Shown: one piece after another, positions 57,201 through 64,000 of the stretch
Layout: each line of letters begins with the position of its first letter
How positions within the stretch are numbered: the first letter of the stretch is position 1
Source of the DNA: Eledone cirrhosa
Lineage: Eukaryota
Reading direction: 5' to 3'
DNA: 64,000 nt
Assembly: GCA_964016885.1 (NCBI GenBank)
Contig: OZ024741.1
Location: 11,842,001-11,906,000 of the forward strand
The notes under the pieces: model-generated
What the model saw: the letters and a program-made list of their open reading frames with translations, nothing else
Database searches by the model: none
Told to the model about the DNA's origin: nothing
Position numbers and translations under genes: made by a program

Positions 57201-60200
57201 GTAGACATAGACTAGTCATAGACGGTATACAACTGTAGACACAGACTAGTCATAGACGGTATACAACTGTAAAAACAGACTAGTCATAGACGGTATACAA
57301 CTGTAGACACAGACTAGTCATAGACGGTATACAACTGTAGACATAGACTAGTCATAGACGGTATACAACTGTAGACATAGACTAGTCATAGACAGTATAC
57401 AACTATAGACATAGACTAGTCATACACGGTACACAACTGTAGATATAGACTAGTCATAGACGGTATATAACTGAAGACTCAGACTAGGCATAGACGGTAT
57501 ACAATTGTAAACATAGACTAGTCATAGACGGTATACAACTGTAGACATAGACAAGTCATAGACGGTATACAATTGTAGACATAGACAAGTCATAGACAGT
57601 ATACAACTGTAGACAATTCATAGACGGTATACAATCGTAGATATGACTAGTCATAGACGGTATACAACTGTAGAAATAGACTAGTCATAGACGGTATACA
57701 ACTGTAGACACAGACTAGTCATACACGGTATACAGCTGTAGACATAGACTAGTCATAAACGGTATACAACTGTAGACATAGACTAGTCATAGACGGTATA
57801 CAACTGTAAACATATACTAGTCATAGACGGTATACAACTGTAGACACTGTCTAGGCATATACGGTATACAACTGAAGACACAGACTAGTCATAGACGGTA
57901 TACAACTGTAAACATATACTAGTCATAGACGGTATACAACTGTAGACACAGACTAGTGATAGACGGTATACAACTGTAAATATAGACTAGTGATAGACGC
58001 TATACAACTGTAGACACAGACTAGTCATAGACGGTATACAACTGTAAACATAGACTAGTGATAAACGGTATACAACTGTAGACGCTGACTAGACATAGAC
58101 GGTATACAACTGTAAACATATACTAGTCATAGACGGTATACAACTGTAGACACTGTCTAGGCATATACGGTATACAACTGAAGACACAGACTAGTCATAG
58201 ACGGTATACAACTGTAAACATATACTAGTCATAGACGGTATACAACTGTAGACACAGACTAGTGATATACGGTATACAACTGTAAATATGGACTAGTGAT
58301 AGACGGTATACAACTGTAGACACAGACTAGTCATAGACGGTATACAACTGTAAACATAGACTAGAGATAAACGGTATACAACTGTAGACACTGACTAGGC
58401 ATAGACGGTATACAACTGTAAACATATACTAGTCATAGACGGTATACAACTGTAGACACTGTCTAGGCATATACGGTATACAACTGAAGACACAGACTAG
58501 TCATAGACGGTATACAACTGTAAACATATACTAGTCATAGACGGTATACAACTGTAGACACTGTCTAGGCATATACGGTATACAACTGTAGACACAGACT
58601 AGTCATACACGGTATAAAACTGTAGACATAGACTAGTCATAGACGGTATACAACTGTAGACACAGACTAGTTATATACAGTATACAACTGTAGACACAGA
58701 CTAATCATACACGGTATAAAACTGTAGACATAGACTAGTCATAGACGGTATACAGCTGTAGACATAGACTAGGCATAGACGGTATACAACTGTAGATATA
58801 GACTAGTCATACACGGTATACAACTGTAGACACAGACTAGTCATACACGGTATAAAACTGTAGACATAGACTAGTCATAGAGGGTATACAACTGTAGACA
58901 TAGACTAGGCATAGACGGTATAAAACTGTAGACATAGACTAGTCATAGATGGTATACAACTGTAGACATAGAGTAGTCATAGATGGTATACAACTGTAGA
59001 CACAGACTAGTCATAGACGGTATACAACTGTAGACACACACTAGTCATACACGGTATACAACTGTAGACACAGATTACTCATATACGGTATACAACTGTA
59101 GACATAGACTAGTCATACACGGTATACAACTGTAGACACAGACTAGTCATACACGGTATAAAACTGTAGACATAGACTAGTCATAGACGGTATAGAACTG
59201 TAGACACAGACTAGGCATAGACGGTATACAACTGTAGACAGAGACTAGTCATACACGGTAGACAACTGTAGAGATAGACTAGTCATACACGGTATACAAC
59301 TGTAGACATACATTAGGCATAGACGGTATACAACTGTAGACACAGACTAGTCATACACGGTATACAACTGTAGACAGAGACTAGTCATACACGGTAGACA
59401 ACTGTAGACATACACTAGGCATAGACGGTATACAACTGTAGACATACGCTAGGCATAGACGGTATACAAATGTAGACATAGACTAGGCATAGACGGTATA
59501 CAACTGTAGACATACACTAGGCATAGACGGTATACAACTGTAGACATAGACTAGGCATAGACGGTATACAACTGTAGACATAGACTAGTCATAGACGGTA
59601 TACAACTGTAGACACAGACTAGTCATAGACGGTATACAACTGTAGACACAGACTAGTCATACACGGTATACAACTGTAGACATACGCTAGGCATAGACGG
59701 TATACAACTGTAGACACAGACTAGTCATAGACGGTATACAACTGTAGACACAGACTAGTCATAGACGGTATACAACTGTAGACATAGACTAGTCATTGAC
59801 GGTATACAACTGTAGACACAGACTAGTCATAGACGCCATACAACTGTAGACACAGACTAGTCATAGACGGTATACAACTGTAGACATAGACTAGTCATTG
59901 ACGGTATACAACTGTAGACACAGACTAGTCATAGACGGCATACAACTGTAGACTCAGACAAGTCATTGACGGTATACAACTGTAGACACAGACTAGTCCT
60001 AGACGGCATACAACTGTAGACACAGACTAGTCATAGACGGTATACATCTGTAGACATAGACTAGTCATTAACGGTATACAACTCTAGACATAGACTAGTC
60101 ATAGACGGTATACAACTGTAGACACAGACTAGTCATAGACGGTATACAACTGTAGACACAGACTAGTCATTGACGGTATACAACTGTAGACACAGACTAG

Positions 60201-63200
60201 TCATACACGGTATACAACTGTAGACTCAGACTAGTCATTGACGGTATACAACTGTAGACACAGACTAGTCATACACGGTATACAACTGTAGACTCAGACT
60301 AGTCATTGACGGTATACAACTGTAGACACAGACTAGGCATACACGGTATACAACTGTAGACTCAGACTAGTCATAGACGGTATACAACTGTAGACATAGA
60401 CTAGTCATAGACGGTATACAACTGTAGACATAGACTAGTCATTGACGGTATACAACTGTAGACTCAGACTATTCATTGACGGTATACAACTGTAGACACA
60501 GTCTAGGCATAGACGGTATACAACTGTAGACACAGACTAGTCATAGACGGTATACAACTGTAGACACAGACTAGTCATATACGGTACACAACTGTAGACA
60601 CAGACTAGGCATAGACGGTATACAACTGAAGACACAGACTAGTCATTGACGGTATACAACTGTAGACATAGACTAGTCATAGACGGTATACAACTGTAGA
60701 CACAGACTAGGCATAGACGGTATACAACTGTAGACACAGACTAGTCATACACGGTATACAACTGTAGACACAGACTAGTCATAGACGGATTACAACTGTA
60801 GACACAGACTAGCCATAGACGGTATACAACTGTAGACACAGACTAGGCATAGACGGTATACAACTGTAGAAATAGACAAGTCATAGTCGGTATACAACTG
60901 TAGACACAGACTAGGCATAGACGGTATACAACTGTAGATATAGACTAGTCATAGACGGTATACAACTGTAGACACAGACTAGTCATAGACGGTATAGAAC
61001 TGTAGACACAGACTAGCCATAGACGGTATACAACAGGTAGACACAGACTAGTCATAGACGGTATACAACTGTAGACATAGACAAGTCATACACGTTATAC
61101 AACTGTAGACACAGACTAGGCATAGACGGTATAAAACTGTAGACACAGACTAGTCATAGACGGTATACAACTGTAGACATAGACTAGGCATAGACGGTAT
61201 ACAACTGTAGACATACACTAGTCATAGACGGTATACAACTGTAGACACAGACTAGCCATAGACGGTATACATCTGTAGACACAGACTAGCCATATACGGT
61301 ATACAACTGTAGACATACACTAGTCATAGTCGGTATACAACTGTAGACACAGACTAGGCATAGACGGTATACAACTGTAGACATACACTAGCCATAGACG
61401 GTATACAACTGTAGACACAGACTAGTCATACACGTTATACAACTGTAGACATAGACTAGTCATAGACGGTATACAACTGTAGACACAGACTAGGCATAGA
61501 TGGTATACAACTGTAGACACAGACTAGTCATACACGGTATACAACTGTAGACATACACTAGTCATAGACGGTATACAACTGTACACACAGACTAGTCATA
61601 GACGGTATACAACTGCAGACACAGACTAGTCATACACGGTATACAACTGTAGACACAGACTAGGCATAGACGGTATACAACTGTAGACACAGACTAGACA
61701 TACACGGTATACAACTGTAGACACAGACTAGGCATAGACGGTATACAACTGTAGACAAAGACTAGGCATAGACGGTATACAACTGTAGACATAGACTAGT
61801 CATAGACGGTATACAACTGTAGACATAGACTAGTCATACACGGTATACAACTGTAGACATAGACTAGCCATAGACGGTATACAACTGTAGACACAGACTA
61901 GTCATTGACGGTATACACACTGTAGACATAGACTAGTCATACACGGTATACAACTGTAGACATAGACATGTCATAGATGGTATACAACTGTAGACATTGA
62001 CTAGTCATAGACGGTATACAACTGTAGACATAGACTAGTCATAGACGGTATACAACTGTAGACATAGACTAGTCATACACGGTATACAACTGTAGACATA
62101 GACAAGTCATAGATGGTATACAACTGTAGACATTGACTAGTCATAGAGGGTATACAACTGTAGACACAGACTAGGCATAGACGGTATACAACTGTAGACA
62201 CAGAGTAGGCATACACGGTATACAACTGTAGACACAGACTAGTCATTGACGGTATACAACTGTAGACATAGACTAGTCATACACGGTATACAGGTGTAGA
62301 CATAGACTAGTCATAGACGGTATACCACTGTAGAGATAGACTAGTCATAGACGCTATACAACTGTAGACATAGACTAGTCATACACGGTATACAACTGTA
62401 GACACAGACTATGCATAGACGGTATACAACTGTAGACACAGAGTAGTCATACAAGGTATACAACTGTAGACATAGACTAGGCATAGACGGTATACAACCG
62501 TAGACACAGAGAAATCATAGACGGTATACAACCGTAGACATAGACTAGTCATAGACGGTATACAACAGTAGACACAGACTAGTCATAGTCGCTATACAAT
62601 CGTAGACACAGACTAGTCATAGACGGTATACAACTGTAGACATAGACAAGTCATAGACGGTATACAACTGTAGACACAAACTAATCATAGTCGGTATACA
62701 ACGGTAGACACAGACTAGTCATAGACGGTATATAACTGTAGACATAGACTAGTTATAGACGGTATCCAACTGTAGAGAAAGACTAGTCATAGACGGTATA
62801 CAACTGTAGAGACAGACTAGTCATAGACGGTATACAACCGTAGACATAGACTAGTCATAGTCGGTATATAACCGTAGACACAGACTAGTCATAGTCGATA
62901 TACAACTGTAGACATAGACTAGTCATAGACGGTATACAACTGTAGACACAGACTAGTCATAGACGGTATACAACTGTAAACACAGACTAGTCATAGACGG
63001 TATACAACTGTAGACACAGACTAGTCATAGACGGTATACAACTGTAGACATAGACTAGTCATAGACGGTATACAACTGTAGACATAGACTAGTCATAGAC
63101 AGTATACAACTATAGACATAGACTAGTCATACACGGTACACAACTGTAGATATAGACTAGTCATAGACGGTATATAACTGAAGACTCAGACTAGGCATAG

Positions 63201-64000
63201 ACGGTATACAATTGTAAACATAGACTAGTCATAGACGGTATACAACTGTAGACATAGACAAGTCATAGACGGTATACAATTGTAGACATAGACAAGTCAG
63301 ACGGTATACAACTGTAGACAATTCATAGACGGTATACAATCGTAGATATGACTAGTCATAGACGGTATACAACTGTAGAAATAGACTAGTCATAGACGGT
63401 ATACAACTGTAGACACAGACTAGTCATACACGGTATACAACTGTAGACATAGACTAGTCATAGACGGTATACAACTGTAGACATAGACTAGTCATAGACG
63501 GTATACAACTGTAAACATATACTAGTCATAGACAGTATACAACTGTAGACACTGTCTAGGCATATACGGTATACAACTGAAGACACAGACTAGTCATAGA
63601 CGGTATACAACTGTAAACATATACTAGTCATAGACGGTATACAACTGTAGACACAGACTAGTGATAGACGGTATACAACTGTAAATATAGACTAGTGATA
63701 GACGGTATACAACTGTAGACACAGACTAGTCATAGACGGTATACAACTGTAAACATAGACTAGTGATAAACGGTATACAACTGTAGACACTGACTAGACA
63801 TAGACGGTATACAACTGTAAACATATACTAGTCATAGACGGTATACAACTGTAGACACTGTCTAGGCATATACGGTATACAACTGAAGACACAGACTAGT
63901 CATAGACGGTATACAACTGTAAACATATACTAGTCATAGACGGTATACAACTGTAGACACAGACTAGTGATATACGGTATACAACTGTAAATATGGACTA
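36228..64000. repeat. Satellite array B, 34-bp monomer TAGACGGTATACAACTGTAGACA(C/T)AGACTAG(T/G)CA (~815 copies in window; open at right edge)
   Basis: 34-bp period checked directly (GACTAG at 36361 and 36395). Each unit contains the palindromes GACTAGTC and GTATAC. Confidence 0.99.

Noticed and set aside
36228-64000. 34-bp palindromic repeat as a CRISPR or loxP/FRT-like recombination array, and the small ORF at 42927-43127
   Set aside because: Units are head-to-tail with no unique spacers and no 13-8-13 inverted architecture. TAG stops occur on both strands, and the ORF is a chance gap caused by variants.

Overview
Gene-free, repeat-dominated eukaryotic DNA. The interspersed SINE sequences and (TA)n/(CA)n-rich spacers resemble cephalopod (octopus-like) genomes, but this rests on recalled similarity, not a search. 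The window has three parts. (1) 1-~25150 is a 22-bp satellite, TGTGTCACTATATGTATGTGTC, with kilobase-scale higher-order duplications. (2) ~25150-36230 is an ~11-kb spacer of microsatellites holding tRNA-derived SINEs, two back-to-back 5'-truncated RLE-type (R4/Dong-like) LINE ends, a cluster of Penelope-type hammerhead ribozyme motifs in inverted repeats, a 48-bp minisatellite grown out of a SINE and a hAT/Charlie-like terminus. (3) 36228-64000 is a 34-bp satellite, TAGACGGTATACAACTGTAGACACAGACTAGTCA, again with higher-order duplications. All long ORFs in the track are repeat artefacts; the only protein-like sequence is the two LINE endonuclease C-termini. There is no CRISPR array, tRNA, rRNA or intact host gene, and I cannot demonstrate a new biological system. 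The best leads are the hammerhead/inverted-repeat cluster (27123-27777), the tandem pseudoknot-like array (32676-33368), an RLE LINE apparently inserted in (ACAT)n, and a satellite starting just inside a hAT-like end.
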